Shown: positions 9,504-20,200 of the stretch, in pieces
Numbering within the stretch: the first letter of the stretch is position 1
Layout of the letters: each line of letters begins with the position of its first letter
NCBI GenBank assembly: GCA_965213575.1
Contig: CBDBZN010000006.1
Span: 106,297-170,296, forward strand
Reading direction: 5' to 3'
DNA length: 64,000 nt
Source of the DNA: Chitinophagales bacterium
GTDB lineage: Bacteria; Bacteroidota; Bacteroidia; Chitinophagales; JAUHXS01
Made by a program: the position numbers and the translations under genes
The notes under the pieces: model-generated
The model's database searches: none
What the model saw: the letters and a program-made list of their open reading frames with translations, nothing else
What the model was told of the DNA's origin: nothing

Positions 9504-9956
9504 CTATTTATACTTCTCAATAATTGCCTCACATGCTTGGTCAAGCATTTCATAAACCTTCTGAAAGCCATTGTCATCCCAATACGGATCAGGCACGGAA
9601 AGGGGATCATGAGGATTGAGCATGCTCATTATAAGGTTGACTTTTTCTTTTTCCTCCTCCGTAGATGCAAGAGCGGTTACATTTTTGAAATTCTCTTGAT
9701 CCATGACAAATATCAGATCAAAATTTTTAAAATCTTTCTTAGAAATTTGCCTGCCTTTTTGCATAGTAATATCCAGATCGTGGTCTTGAGCTACTTTTAC
9801 CGATCGCTGATCAGGAGTTTCGTCAATATGCCAGGATCCCGTTCCTGCAGAATCTACTTTCCAATTTAACCCATGCTGTTGTATTTTACTTTTCAAAATA
9901 CCTTCTGCCAATGGAGACCGACAAATATTTCCTAAGCAAACCATTAATATTTTCAT
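9504..9956 (-). CDS. Low molecular weight protein-tyrosine phosphatase
   Basis: VCLGNICRSP P-loop, DSAGT, DPYW. Confidence 0.95.
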   Translation of the reverse strand: MKILMVCLGNICRSPLAEGILKSKIQQHGLNWKVDSAGTGSWHIDETPDQRSVKVAQDHDLDITMQKGRQISKKDFKNFDLIFVMDQENFKNVTALASTEEEKEKVNLIMSMLNPHDPLSVPDPYWDDNGFQKVYEMLDQACEAIIEKYK

Positions 9957-9959
9957 CTA

Positions 9960-11948
9960 CTAATAATTTATTAATTCCAATAATTGCTCTTCAAACCGCT
10001 TTTGAGGCAAGAAATTCTTTTCTAAAGTCAATGCAAAAGGGACAGGTGTGTCTAAACTCGCAGATCGTACAACAGGCGCATCTAAATACTCGAAACAATG
10101 CTCGGCAATATGGGCGGCAATATCTCCTCCAATGCCACCGGTTAGCGTATCTTCATGTAAAACTATTACTTTACCTGTTTTTTTCACAGACTGCTCAATG
10201 GCCGAATAATCAAGTGGTAGCAAAGTTCTTAAATCAACAATATCAGCATCAATAGATAATTTTTCTGCAACTTCTATGGCCCAATGTACCCCCATTCCGT
10301 AGGTAATAACAGAAACTTCTTTTCCTTCTTTTGCTAATGCAGCTTTTCCAATTTCTAAAATGTAATAATCATCCGGAATCTCCGCTTCTATGCTTCGATA
10401 CATGGCTTTGTGTTCAAAAAATATTACAGGATTAGGATCTTCAATAGATGCCAATAACAATCCTTTTGCATCGTGTGGATTAGAAGGATACACTACCTTT
10501 AACCCCGGAGTATGCACGTACCATGCTTCATTAGATTGAGAATGATAAGGGCCTGCTCCTACACCGGCACCTGTTGGCATTCTGATCACCACATCTGCAT
10601 TTTCACCCCACCGATAATGTAGCTTTGCTAAATTATTGATGATCTGGTTAAATCCACAAGTAGCAAAATCAGCAAATTGCATTTCCATAATAGCTTTATA
10701 ACCTTTTAACGAAAGTCCTAAGGCTGCACCGACTATCGCAGACTCACAAATAGGCGTATTACGCACTCTATCTTTTCCAAACAATTCAATAAAACCATCC
10801 GTCACTTTAAAAGCACCGCCATACTCCGCAATATCTTGTCCCATAATCACAGACCGTTCGTATTTTTGCATGCCTAGCTTTAATCCATCAGTAATAGCAT
10901 CGACAAAACGTTTGTTGGTTGTACTGCTATTTTTAGGTGTGATTACAGGAATTTGCTTCTGGCAATATAAATCGTTTAATTCTTCCGTCGTATTTGCTTC
11001 TATCTCAGGTTCAGCAAAGGCAATATCTAACGCATCTAGAATTTCTTGTTTGATTCGAGCCTGTGACTCCTCAATATAATTTTGATCAATAATTTTTTCT
11101 TTTAACAAATACTTTTGAAAATTATCGACCGGATCTTTTTTACTCCATGTTTCAAAAAGTTCCTTGGGTACATATTTTACACCGGACGCTTCTTCATGTC
11201 CTCTCATCCTAAAAGTCATACATTCGATCAACACCGGACGAGGTTTTTTAGCCATCAACTTTTTTAGAGTAGTGATTGTATTGTACACTTCCAAGATATT
11301 ATTCCCATCAATTGTTATTGCTTCCATGCCGTATCCAATGCCTCTATCAGCTAATTGCTTACAATTGTACTGCTCAGAGGTTGGCGTAGATAACCCATAT
11401 CCATTATTTTCGATGATGAAGATTACCGGTAAGCTCCAAACTGCTGCTATGTTCAATGCTTCATGAAAATCTCCTTCACTCGTGCCGCCCTCTCCGGTAA
11501 ATGTCACCGCTATTTTCTTTTCCTTATCTAACAAATGGCCTAGTGCAACACCGTTTGCTAAGGTGAGTTGGGGGCCAAGGTGAGATATCATCCCTACTAT
11601 ATGATGCTCTTTGGATCCAAAGTGGAAAGAGCGGTCTCTCCCTTTGGTAAAGCCTCTTTCTTTGCCTTGAAATTGCATAAAAAGCTTATCAAGCCGCATA
11701 TTTCTACTGGTAAAAACGCCTAAATTCCGGTGTAAGGGAAAAATAAATTCATCTTGATCAAGAGCCTTAGTAACCCCAACTGCTATTGCCTCTTGCCCAA
11801 TGCCTGAAAACCACTTACTGATCCTTCCTTGCCGCAGCAAATTGAGCATTTTTTCTTCAATCAGCCTTGGTTTTAAGATGGCTTGGTAAAGATCAAGAAG
11901 CGTTTGATTAGTAAGCTTTTTCTTTTGAAATTTAATTTCAGATTGCAT
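9960..11948 (-). CDS. Fused 2-oxoacid dehydrogenase E1 alpha/beta (branched-chain type likely)
   Basis: TPP motif GEGGTSEGDFHE..N, RMRGHEE, beta-subunit NTPICE, EMQFADF, GPYHSQ. Confidence 0.92.
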   Translation of the reverse strand: MQSEIKFQKKKLTNQTLLDLYQAILKPRLIEEKMLNLLRQGRISKWFSGIGQEAIAVGVTKALDQDEFIFPLHRNLGVFTSRNMRLDKLFMQFQGKERGFTKGRDRSFHFGSKEHHIVGMISHLGPQLTLANGVALGHLLDKEKKIAVTFTGEGGTSEGDFHEALNIAAVWSLPVIFIIENNGYGLSTPTSEQYNCKQLADRGIGYGMEAITIDGNNILEVYNTITTLKKLMAKKPRPVLIECMTFRMRGHEEASGVKYVPKELFETWSKKDPVDNFQKYLLKEKIIDQNYIEESQARIKQEILDALDIAFAEPEIEANTTEELNDLYCQKQIPVITPKNSSTTNKRFVDAITDGLKLGMQKYERSVIMGQDIAEYGGAFKVTDGFIELFGKDRVRNTPICESAIVGAALGLSLKGYKAIMEMQFADFATCGFNQIINNLAKLHYRWGENADVVIRMPTGAGVGAGPYHSQSNEAWYVHTPGLKVVYPSNPHDAKGLLLASIEDPNPVIFFEHKAMYRSIEAEIPDDYYILEIGKAALAKEGKEVSVITYGMGVHWAIEVAEKLSIDADIVDLRTLLPLDYSAIEQSVKKTGKVIVLHEDTLTGGIGGDIAAHIAEHCFEYLDAPVVRSASLDTPVPFALTLEKNFLPQKRFEEQLLELINY

Positions 11949-12037
11949 ATTACAGGTTACAAATTATTTAATATTTGTTTTAAAAATTTAAATCTGCAAT
12001 CTTCCAATCTGCAATTTTTAATTTGCAACTTGTAATT

Positions 12038-12631
12038 TTATCCTTCCTCCGCTATCACTTCTTCCACGCCGGGGATCATTTTTTTCATCATCCCTTCGAT
12101 GCCGGCTTTTAGTGTGATGGTCGATGACGGACAGCCACTACAGGCACCTTGCATTACTAAAGTTACTTTGCCGTTTTCAAATGATTTAAATTGAATAGCC
12201 CCTCCATCCATTTCTACAGCAGGACGAACGTGGTCATTTAACATTTGTTTAATTTTTTTAACCGTATCTGAGTCATCTACTGCAACTTGATTGGTTGCAA
12301 TTGCTTGGTTTATTTTAAAATTTTCTGTAAAAATTGGTTTGCCTTCGATTAAATAGTTTCTTAAGAATTCTTTCAACTCCGGAATGATCTCATACCATTC
12401 GTCTTGTGTACTCTTTGCTAGGGTAATAAAATTATTGGCGATAAAAACATTACTGATATTATCTAATTCTAAAAAAGCCTTTGCAAGTGGTGCTTCTTCG
12501 GCATCTTTGATGGAAGTAAACTCTGCACTCTGATTAGCTAACAGCATTTTGTTAACGACAAATTTCATGTTTTCCGGATTTGGAGTAGCTTCCGTGTATA
12601 CTTCAATAGGAACTTTTATGGTAGTGCTCAT
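12038..12631 (-). CDS. NifU/Nfu family Fe-S carrier
   Basis: TPNP N-terminal domain; RPAVEMDGG...GACSGCPSS. Confidence 0.92.
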   Translation of the reverse strand: MSTTIKVPIEVYTEATPNPENMKFVVNKMLLANQSAEFTSIKDAEEAPLAKAFLELDNISNVFIANNFITLAKSTQDEWYEIIPELKEFLRNYLIEGKPIFTENFKINQAIATNQVAVDDSDTVKKIKQMLNDHVRPAVEMDGGAIQFKSFENGKVTLVMQGACSGCPSSTITLKAGIEGMMKKMIPGVEEVIAEEG

Positions 12632-12782
12632 AATAATAGTTTGATCAAAGATACAAAAAAGTAGAGTATTGCTTTATGTTTTAAACCTGAGAGATCAGCT
12701 ATTGATTAAGCAGTTCCACAAAGGCTTTTTAATGTAGGCGTAAGTTTCTATATCAATGAGTTATATTCTTTATATTTACTAT

Positions 12783-14342
12783 ATGAAAGAATTATTGCTA
12801 ATATTTTTCTTGGTTTTTAATACACTAATATCCTATTGCTCTCATGTTGTAGGAGGCGATTTAACCTATCGATGTTTAGGAGGATCTGACTATGAAATTA
12901 CGCTTAAACTTTATCGTGATTGCTCTAGCCCTTTTCCTTTAGATAATTTTATTCAAAAAGTGTATAATGGTGCTGGCACTTTAGTTACAGAGGTTCCTAT
13001 TCTTTTTGAGTCTGAAGATACATTAGATATCCTTTTTAATTATCCTTGCACCGCCATCCCATCCGATGTCTGTTTAAATATAGGAACTTACAAGGATACA
13101 TTAAATTTGCCTGATACCGCTGTTGGAGGGTATACAATTATCTTAGCTACCTGCTGCAGAACACCCAATAGTGCCATAGTTAATTTAGATCTAACTAATG
13201 GAGTTGGAATTTCTTATTATGTAACTATCCCCGAAGGAATTGCTTGTAATAGCTCGCCGGTATTTAATAATGATCCGCCTATTGCATTATGCTTAGATCA
13301 ACCTTTCAGCTTTGACCATTCAGCAACTGACACAGATGGAGATCTGTTAGTGTATAAGTTATGTACTCCTTTAGATAACTCAGCTGGAGTGATTCCTCCT
13401 TCTTCTGTTCCGTACAATGCCGGATATTCTGCCGACAACCCAATTGATGCATCACCTGTAGCAGCCATTAATCCCAATACTGGACTCTTGGCTTTTACCC
13501 CCACAATGGTGGGTTTATTTGCTATAGGTATTTGTGTGGAAGAATATAGAGGAGGCGTGCTGATAGGGCAGACTAATAGGGATTTTTTATTTTCAGTAGC
13601 CGATTGTCCGCCCTTAACTGATGCTGTATTTAGTGTAGATATTCGTCAGTGTGGACAAATGGTCGCATTTACCAATGAAAGCCAGGGGTCTACTTTTACT
13701 TGGGATTTTGGAGATGCTACTGTGGATAATGATAGTTCTTCTCAAGAAAATCCTATTTATACATATGAAGATACAGGCAACTATGAGGTTCAAATGATTG
13801 TTGACCCCAATACACCTTGTGCTGATACTGCTGTTGCAGCGATAAATATAGAACGAAATCAAATTTCAGCAGATTTATCATTGTGCGATGATGTGAGTAT
13901 TACCTTAAATGCAGATACGCCTATCGCTATTGGGTACGACTGGTCGACAGGAGATACTACCAGCTCGATTAGGATTAATGAAATAGGCCAATATTTATGT
14001 GAAATTGAAACGGAATCCTCTTGCATAGAAGAGGTTTTCAATGTATTAGAATGTGATAATTTATTTGTTCCCAATGTGTTTTCACCTCAAAATCAAGATG
14101 GGTTAAATGATGTTTTTACACTCCGAAGAGCTCAAGGAACGGATAACATAGTCATGCAAATTTACGACCGGTGGGGCAAAAAAGTGTTTGAGTCCTCTCC
14201 CGGCAATACAAGTTGGGACGGTATTTTTCAAGGAAAGTTTGTAGCTACTGGCGTATATATCTATACAATTTCTGTGATTGGAGGCCAAGACAATAGAAAA
14301 GATCTGCCGATAGAGCAAGGTACGGTTACGGTTCTTGAGTAA
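12783..14342 (+). CDS. Secreted protein with PKD domain and T9SS type B sorting domain
   Basis: Signal peptide then SHVVGGDLTY...LYRDC; WDFGD PKD; FVPNVFSP...DG.ND...IYDRWG...WDG; probable start 12783 (ORF opens 12756). Confidence 0.88.
   Translation: MKELLLIFFLVFNTLISYCSHVVGGDLTYRCLGGSDYEITLKLYRDCSSPFPLDNFIQKVYNGAGTLVTEVPILFESEDTLDILFNYPCTAIPSDVCLNIGTYKDTLNLPDTAVGGYTIILATCCRTPNSAIVNLDLTNGVGISYYVTIPEGIACNSSPVFNNDPPIALCLDQPFSFDHSATDTDGDLLVYKLCTPLDNSAGVIPPSSVPYNAGYSADNPIDASPVAAINPNTGLLAFTPTMVGLFAIGICVEEYRGGVLIGQTNRDFLFSVADCPPLTDAVFSVDIRQCGQMVAFTNESQGSTFTWDFGDATVDNDSSSQENPIYTYEDTGNYEVQMIVDPNTPCADTAVAAINIERNQISADLSLCDDVSITLNADTPIAIGYDWSTGDTTSSIRINEIGQYLCEIETESSCIEEVFNVLECDNLFVPNVFSPQNQDGLNDVFTLRRAQGTDNIVMQIYDRWGKKVFESSPGNTSWDGIFQGKFVATGVYIYTISVIGGQDNRKDLPIEQGTVTVLE
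14299..14323 (+). repeat. Left copy of 25-bp direct repeat (partner 27693-27717)
   Basis: AAGATCTGCCGATAGAgcAAGGTAC. Confidence 0.75.
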
Positions 14343-14668
14343 ATAATCTGTATAAAAATAATTTTTTTGATTTCAAGATTGTAAATATTTGAAAAAAGAC
14401 ATCTTTCTCTTTCCTACCGATCCTTAATATACGATCTGCTAATCGTACCATTTCGCTCTCTTTTGGAGGTTTTTTCATCCGCTTACCGGTTGATTAGTTT
14501 AATTTATTGTGTTTATCGTAAGTAGCAGGTTTAGCGATTTTATAACTGCTATTTCCGCAAGAGCAAAACATAACTCCTATCAATTCTAATAAAAAACCAT
14601 TTCTTCACTCCCCGATTATACAAAGGAAAAACGTCCAAATAAATTAAGCTTTAAGGACTATTTTAAGT

Positions 14669-14676
14669 TACCTTTG
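14669..14676 (+). promoter_or_regulatory. Bacteroidota -7 element upstream of sensor gene
   Basis: TACCTTTG matches TAnnTTTG, 4 nt before GTG start (possibly leaderless transcript). Confidence 0.55.
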
Positions 14677-14680
14677 CAAG

Positions 14681-16150
14681 GTGAAAGTCAAGGGCTTAAA
14701 CATATGTAGTATATTTTTAATATTGCTTTTTGCTCGGTTTTTGCAAGCGGAGAACTTAGATGTTACCCTACCTGATAAGGCAACAGTTTTTATAGATTCG
14801 GGCAATCATATCTCCTTTCAGGAAGTTAGAAAACAAACATTTAGCCCGGCATCTAATGACGACTTCAATGCCGGCTTTACTAATTATATCTACTGGTATC
14901 ATTTTTTTTTATTAAATACACAAAAGGGGGAAATCCTTCAAATAGATAATCCTGAATTAGATTTTATAGAAGCTTATTTTGTTGATGATAAAGATAGTAT
15001 TATTCAATATCAACAAGCAGGTGCATTCAATGATTTTTCAAGCCGAATTTTAAAAAATAGAACGCCGTCCTTTAAAATTCTCGACGGCACCAGTCAAGTT
15101 TATTTGAAAGTTTTATCAGAAACCACATTAAACGTGCCTATTCGAATTAAAAGTCCGGACCAATATAGTAGAGACAATATATTTGGAATTATTGCTTTTA
15201 GTTTTTTGCATGCTATTATCTTGATCTTTTTCATATATAATCTGATTCTCTTTATCGCATTGAAGCGGGCTATATACGGCTATTACTCTTTGTATCTGGC
15301 TAGTATGTTTATGACCGGCTTATCAATTACAGGATTGGGGTATCAATTATTTTGGCCCTCCCATCCTTCATTTAACAGTTTTACTTCTATTTTTTTCGTA
15401 AGCAGTATGATGGTCAGTTTCTGTTTGTTTACTACTAGAATTTTAAATCTTAAAATATTTATGCCTATTTTATATAGATTATTTATCATTTTAGCTGCCA
15501 TAGGTCCATTAATAATAGTCGCTATTTTATTTTTATCACGATCGCTATTAATTCAGTTATTACATATTTTTCCGCTTATTGGGATGTTAATGGCAGTAAT
15601 GGGGGCTATTATTGGTATAGGAAGAGGCTATAAACCGGCACAGTTTTATTTGATGGGCTGGTCTGCTTTTTTTCTGGGAGCTACTCTGTTCCAATTAAGA
15701 GACTGGGGCCTGATTACTGATAATTTCCTTACAGCCAACTTTTCTTTCGTAGGTGCTGCCATTGAAGCTATATTCTTTTCCTATGGCATAGCCTTAAAAA
15801 TGAAAACATATCAAAAAGAGATTAATGATTCTAAGTCGAAAATTTCCGAATATGAAACAGAATTGGAATTGCTTAGAAAAGAATTAATAAAGCCGGATAG
15901 AAAGAAAACGGGAGGGCAAACCATTAATCAACAGAGGATCAATCAATACTTGATCAATCCCTTATCAGATAGAGAAGTAGAAGTGTTAACATTGATAGCG
16001 GAAGGTAAAACTAATAAGGAAGTAGCCAATTTATTATTTGTTTCTGTTAATACTATTAAAACCCACGTCAAAAAAATCTATGACAAATTAGATGTAAAAA
16101 ATAGAACAGAAGCTGTTACTAAAGCTAATTCACTAGAGTTGCTAGCTTGA
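14681..16150 (+). CDS. Membrane one-component regulator: 7TMR-DISM extracellular and 7TM domains, coiled coil, LuxR HTH
   Basis: Signal peptide, FNAGFT..YW..F, ~7 hydrophobic helices (YNLILF..., YLMGW, IEAIFFSYGIA), C-terminal LSDREVEVL...GKTNKEVA..LFVSVNTIKTH. Confidence 0.88.
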   Translation: MKVKGLNICSIFLILLFARFLQAENLDVTLPDKATVFIDSGNHISFQEVRKQTFSPASNDDFNAGFTNYIYWYHFFLLNTQKGEILQIDNPELDFIEAYFVDDKDSIIQYQQAGAFNDFSSRILKNRTPSFKILDGTSQVYLKVLSETTLNVPIRIKSPDQYSRDNIFGIIAFSFLHAIILIFFIYNLILFIALKRAIYGYYSLYLASMFMTGLSITGLGYQLFWPSHPSFNSFTSIFFVSSMMVSFCLFTTRILNLKIFMPILYRLFIILAAIGPLIIVAILFLSRSLLIQLLHIFPLIGMLMAVMGAIIGIGRGYKPAQFYLMGWSAFFLGATLFQLRDWGLITDNFLTANFSFVGAAIEAIFFSYGIALKMKTYQKEINDSKSKISEYETELELLRKELIKPDRKKTGGQTINQQRINQYLINPLSDREVEVLTLIAEGKTNKEVANLLFVSVNTIKTHVKKIYDKLDVKNRTEAVTKANSLELLA

Positions 16151-16651
16151 AAAAGTACCATAAATATCAATCTATCCTTACAAAAGCCCCTTCTGTAATC
16201 AGGTACAATTGATTCGAATTTTAGGAGCTTCCCACAAGGTACTTATATTGCCGGTGATTTGCTCTTCATCGATTAAATCATCCCGCTCATTTTTTCTTAC
16301 GTTAATTAAGGAAGATTAATAAACTGAGTGTGATTAGTAAAATAGATGTCTTTTTCATAATGTAGAATTAGATAAATTTTGAGGGTATTGCAGTAGGTGA
16401 TTAGATACTATATCAATAAAATTTTGCCACATCAAGTGATAAATGATATCTTAATAATGTTCTTTATCAGGTTAATGACCTGCTCGAATACCTTCTAAAA
16501 GCTATGCCACATCATGTGTTATCACCTGATAGCTAATAAATATAAGGTCAGATGATAAAATCCGACAAGGCGAAAATACATTCTACTACTACTTTCAGTT
16601 TTGCCTTCCATTTCCATTTCCACTCCTCAACTTTCCACTTTTTAAAATAAA

Positions 16652-16697
16652 TCACCCATTCGGGTGAGGGATAAAATTTATTCAAACCTTATCATTG
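16652..16697 (+). promoter_or_regulatory. Putative LuxR operator plus variant -7 box, unit 1
   Basis: TCACCC-ATTC-GGGTGA (16652-16667), 22 nt, TATCATTG (16690-16697). Confidence 0.7.
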
Positions 16698-16718
16698 TCT
16701 TTCACAAATGGTAAGAAA

Positions 16719-16943
16719 ATGGTAAAAATAGATGGATGTATTAAACACGATTTGTCAGCAAGAGAAGTGCAGGTTGTGTTGCTAATTGCTAAAGGTAAAA
16801 CCAATACTGAAATAGCAGATATCTTATTTATTTCTATTAATACCGTTAAAACTCATACTAAACATATATTCGAAAAACTTAGTGTTAAAAATCGCACAGA
16901 AGCTATTATGAAGTCTTTTTCTGAAGGGATTTTAGTGAGATAA
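16719..16943 (+). CDS. Stand-alone LuxR/GerE-type HTH regulator
   Basis: LSAREVQVVLLIAKGKTNTEIADILFISINTVKTH; ATG 16719 preferred because TTG 16695 overlaps the proposed -7 box. Confidence 0.85.
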   Translation: MVKIDGCIKHDLSAREVQVVLLIAKGKTNTEIADILFISINTVKTHTKHIFEKLSVKNRTEAIMKSFSEGILVR

Positions 16944-16953
16944 AAGATCAAAA

Positions 16954-16999
16954 TCACCCGAAGGGGTGAAGGAAACCAAGTTATCACCACCTAATATTG
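16954..16999 (+). promoter_or_regulatory. Putative LuxR operator plus variant -7 box, unit 2
   Basis: TCACCC-GAAG-GGGTGA (16954-16969), 22 nt, TAATATTG (16992-16999). Confidence 0.7.
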
Positions 17000-17025
17000 T
17001 AACGCAAATTTTAAATAAACACATC

Positions 17026-17271
17026 ATGAATAGAATTTTTACTCTTATTACTACCGGATTAATAAGCTTAACACTTACACTGGGTTTTGCTCAACAATTT
17101 AATGAAACACAAAAAATAACCGGTACAGGATTTGGACCGGCAAACACATCCTATTTTGGAACTAGCGTAGCTATTTCAGGGGATTATACCATTGTGGGAG
17201 CACCGGGATATGATTACTTCAGTACTTTAAATACCGGAGCAGCGTATATTCATGAAAAAAAACCATTTTAA
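17026..17271 (+). CDS. N-terminal fragment (signal peptide plus first FG-GAP blade) of the giant protein, cut off by frameshift at A8
   Basis: MNRIFTLITTGLISLTLTLGFAQQ...YFGTSVAISGDYTIVGAPG...GAAYIHEK, then stop after A8 at 17255-17262. Confidence 0.85.
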   Translation: MNRIFTLITTGLISLTLTLGFAQQFNETQKITGTGFGPANTSYFGTSVAISGDYTIVGAPGYDYFSTLNTGAAYIHEKKPF

Positions 17272-20200
17272 TGAATGGCAATTAGCAGAATTTTTAAGGC
17301 CTTCCAACTTAAGTGCTGATGATAGATTTGGTGCACAAGTAGCCATATCTGGGGATTATGCTGTGGTGACAGCTCCTGAACATTCAAAAGATGCATCCGG
17401 CAACAATAGTTTAAATGATGCAGGAGCAGCATATATTTATGAGCGAGATGGTACCGGTGATTGGAATATGGTACAAAAGATTGTGGCTTCCGATCGTGCT
17501 TCAGGAGAGTTTTTTGGAGAAGCACTTGCATTAGACGGGGATAGGATTATAATTGGCTCATATCTTGCAGATGCTGTTTATATATTTGAGCGTAATGGTT
17601 CTGGAGTTTGGATAGAAGAGCAAATATTATTATCGAATGATATAGTAGGGGGCGATTTCTTCGGTTTTTCAGTAGCTATAAATGGCGATTTTGCCGTAGT
17701 AGGAGCAAGTCGAGAAAATGCTACATTGTCAGGATTTAGTTCAGTAAGTAGTGCAGGGTCAGCTTATATATTTGAACGAAACGGATCAGGAGTTTGGAAT
17801 CAAATACAAAAAATAGTGGCTTCAGACAGAGAATTGAATGATGAGTTTGGAACAAGCGTAGCGATTGATGGGGATTACCTAATAGTAGGAGCAACACAGG
17901 AAGATCATAATACAGCGGGTCTTGATTTTAGAAATAGAGCCGGTTCTGCTTATATATTTGAAAAGGATGGTTCAGGTACGTGGAATGAAGTACAAAAAGT
18001 CACAGAATTTCTTAGAGCAGCAGGTTCAGAATTTGGACATTCTGTTTCGCTAAAAGGAGATAGAGTAATTGTGACAGAAGCTTCTCTTTATGCAGGGGCA
18101 TCTGTATTTGAACGAGATGGATCAGATAATTGGAACTATCAAGAAAAATTGATCAATGAAGGCTACACTTATAATGATGCATCTCAGAGCCCCGTGGCTT
18201 TATCTAGCGAGGGAATGGCTATTGTTGGTATCAATTTAGAAGGAGAAGACGAATTCAGTAATAGAACTTTTGAAGGAGCGGCATATATTTATACCTATTG
18301 CGAGCCAACTTCTTCTACTATTAACCTCACTGTTTGCGAGCCTTACTTAGCCCCCTCACAAACACAAACATTTACTGTTTCAGGAAATTATACAGATGTT
18401 ATTCCAAATACTAGGGGGTGTGATAGTACCATCTCAATTAACCTTATCGTGAATCAAAACCCACCGACTATTAATCCGGCTGGTCCTTTAGTAATCTGCT
18501 CGGGAATTAATGAAACTCTATCTATCCCTGCCGTAGGAGGGGCAAGCTATTGTTATTTTAAAAATGAACAATGGGATAATGTGGGAAGCAGTGTTTCCAG
18601 TGGTGTAGGTCAATATACTACCTTGACTTTTGATGTAAATGATATACCATATGTGGTATTTAGAGATGAAGATGAAAATTTCACGCCGAGCGTTAAAAAA
18701 TTTGATGGTAATAATTGGGTTTTTGTAGGAGCCCCACGTAGTATTGAAATCAACCCGATAGGCAATGATTTGGATATGGCTATAAGCCAGTCAAATACAC
18801 CATATGTAACATATAGAGCGGGCTTCTCTAGTGGTTTGTATAGGGCAACGGTAAAAAGATTTGATGGAACAGATTGGATAAAAATAGGTTCTAATGAAGC
18901 TTCCACTGGTGAGGTGCGTGATGTTAATATAGCGTTTGGCGAATATGAAACGCCCTATATCGCATATAAAGATGTAGACAATGGAGACAAAGCAACTGTA
19001 ATGAAATACGAAGCCGGTTTCTGGGAACCTGTAGGGAATATTGCTTTTAGCTCCGGATCAATAACCGGCCTAAGCTTAGTAGTAAATAATAATAATGTAC
19101 CTTATGTAGCTTTTTCTGATGACAACAACAGTAATAAAGCCACCGTGATGAAGTATAATGGTACTACCTGGGTTAACGTTGGTGCTGCGGGTTTTACTTC
19201 AGGTGCTTCTTATGTTAATAAACTTGCACTTAATAATTCCGGCACTTTACATATGGCTTCTTATGATGTAGCGAATGGTAATAAAGCAACGGTCTATAAA
19301 TTCAACGGCAGTAGTTGGGTTACTGTTGGCACTGCGGGTTTTTCAGCAGGTATGGCCAATGATATTGACTTTGGCATAAATGAAGCAGATGAGCTATATG
19401 TTGCCTATCGAGATAATGCAAATAGCAATAAACTTACCGTAATGACTTATGATGGAATTGATTGGGTTCCTGCCGGTGATATTGCTTTTAGTGAAGGTGA
19501 TGTAAATACACCAAGCATTGCCTTTGGAGCATATAATAAACCTTATGTTGCCTATAGGAATTTGGCTAACGGAAATAAAATATCAGTAGAGAAAATAGAG
19601 CCTGTTTGTATAGGTAATTCAAATTCTTTAGTGATTAACACAACAGGTACTTATAATGTGGAGGTAACCGCTTCAGATGGCTGTATCAGCTATGCTGCCA
19701 ACTCAGTAACAGTCACCAATGGTACTAATACCACTGCTACTATTTCACCAACGGTTTGTGAAAGCTATACCGTGCCAAGTGGTGATGAAACATATAATAT
19801 CAGTGGAAATTATACAGACACAATTTTAAATACTTCAGGATGTGACAGTGTATTGACCATTAATCTTACTATTTTAAATAGTTCTTCAGCCACTCTAAAC
19901 ATTGATACCTGTGCAGCTTCTTATACTGTGCCAAGTGGCGATAAAACGTATACGGTTAACGGCACCTATTCCGATACAATTTCAAACGCAGTAGGATGCG
20001 ACAGTATCTTAACCATCAATCTTACTATTAATAATAATTCATTTACTAATCAGTATGAAACTACCGTTGATAGTTTTATGTGGTCATCTAACGGCATCAC
20101 TTACTACGAATCAGGAGTGTATACCAACGTTTTGCCGAATAGTGTGGGTTGCGATTCTGTCATTACACTTTACTTAACTATTGAAGAAGAATCTTTTTAT

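Noticed and set aside
9960-11948. Fusion of E1 alpha and beta subunits
   Set aside because: Common in Bacteroidota
11990-12035. Short AATCTGCAAT-type repeats, and similar pyrimidine repeats at 16600-16640 and 63085-63100
   Set aside because: Low-complexity intergenic repeats with no discernible structure
14400-14490. Minus-strand peptide KRMKKPPKESEMVRLADRI, reminiscent of an HD-domain tail
   Set aside because: Too short and no upstream HD motif recoverable
16966-17025. GTG start of the 101-aa ORF
   Set aside because: It lies inside the operator palindrome and upstream of the proposed -7 box; ATG 17026 begins a proper signal peptide
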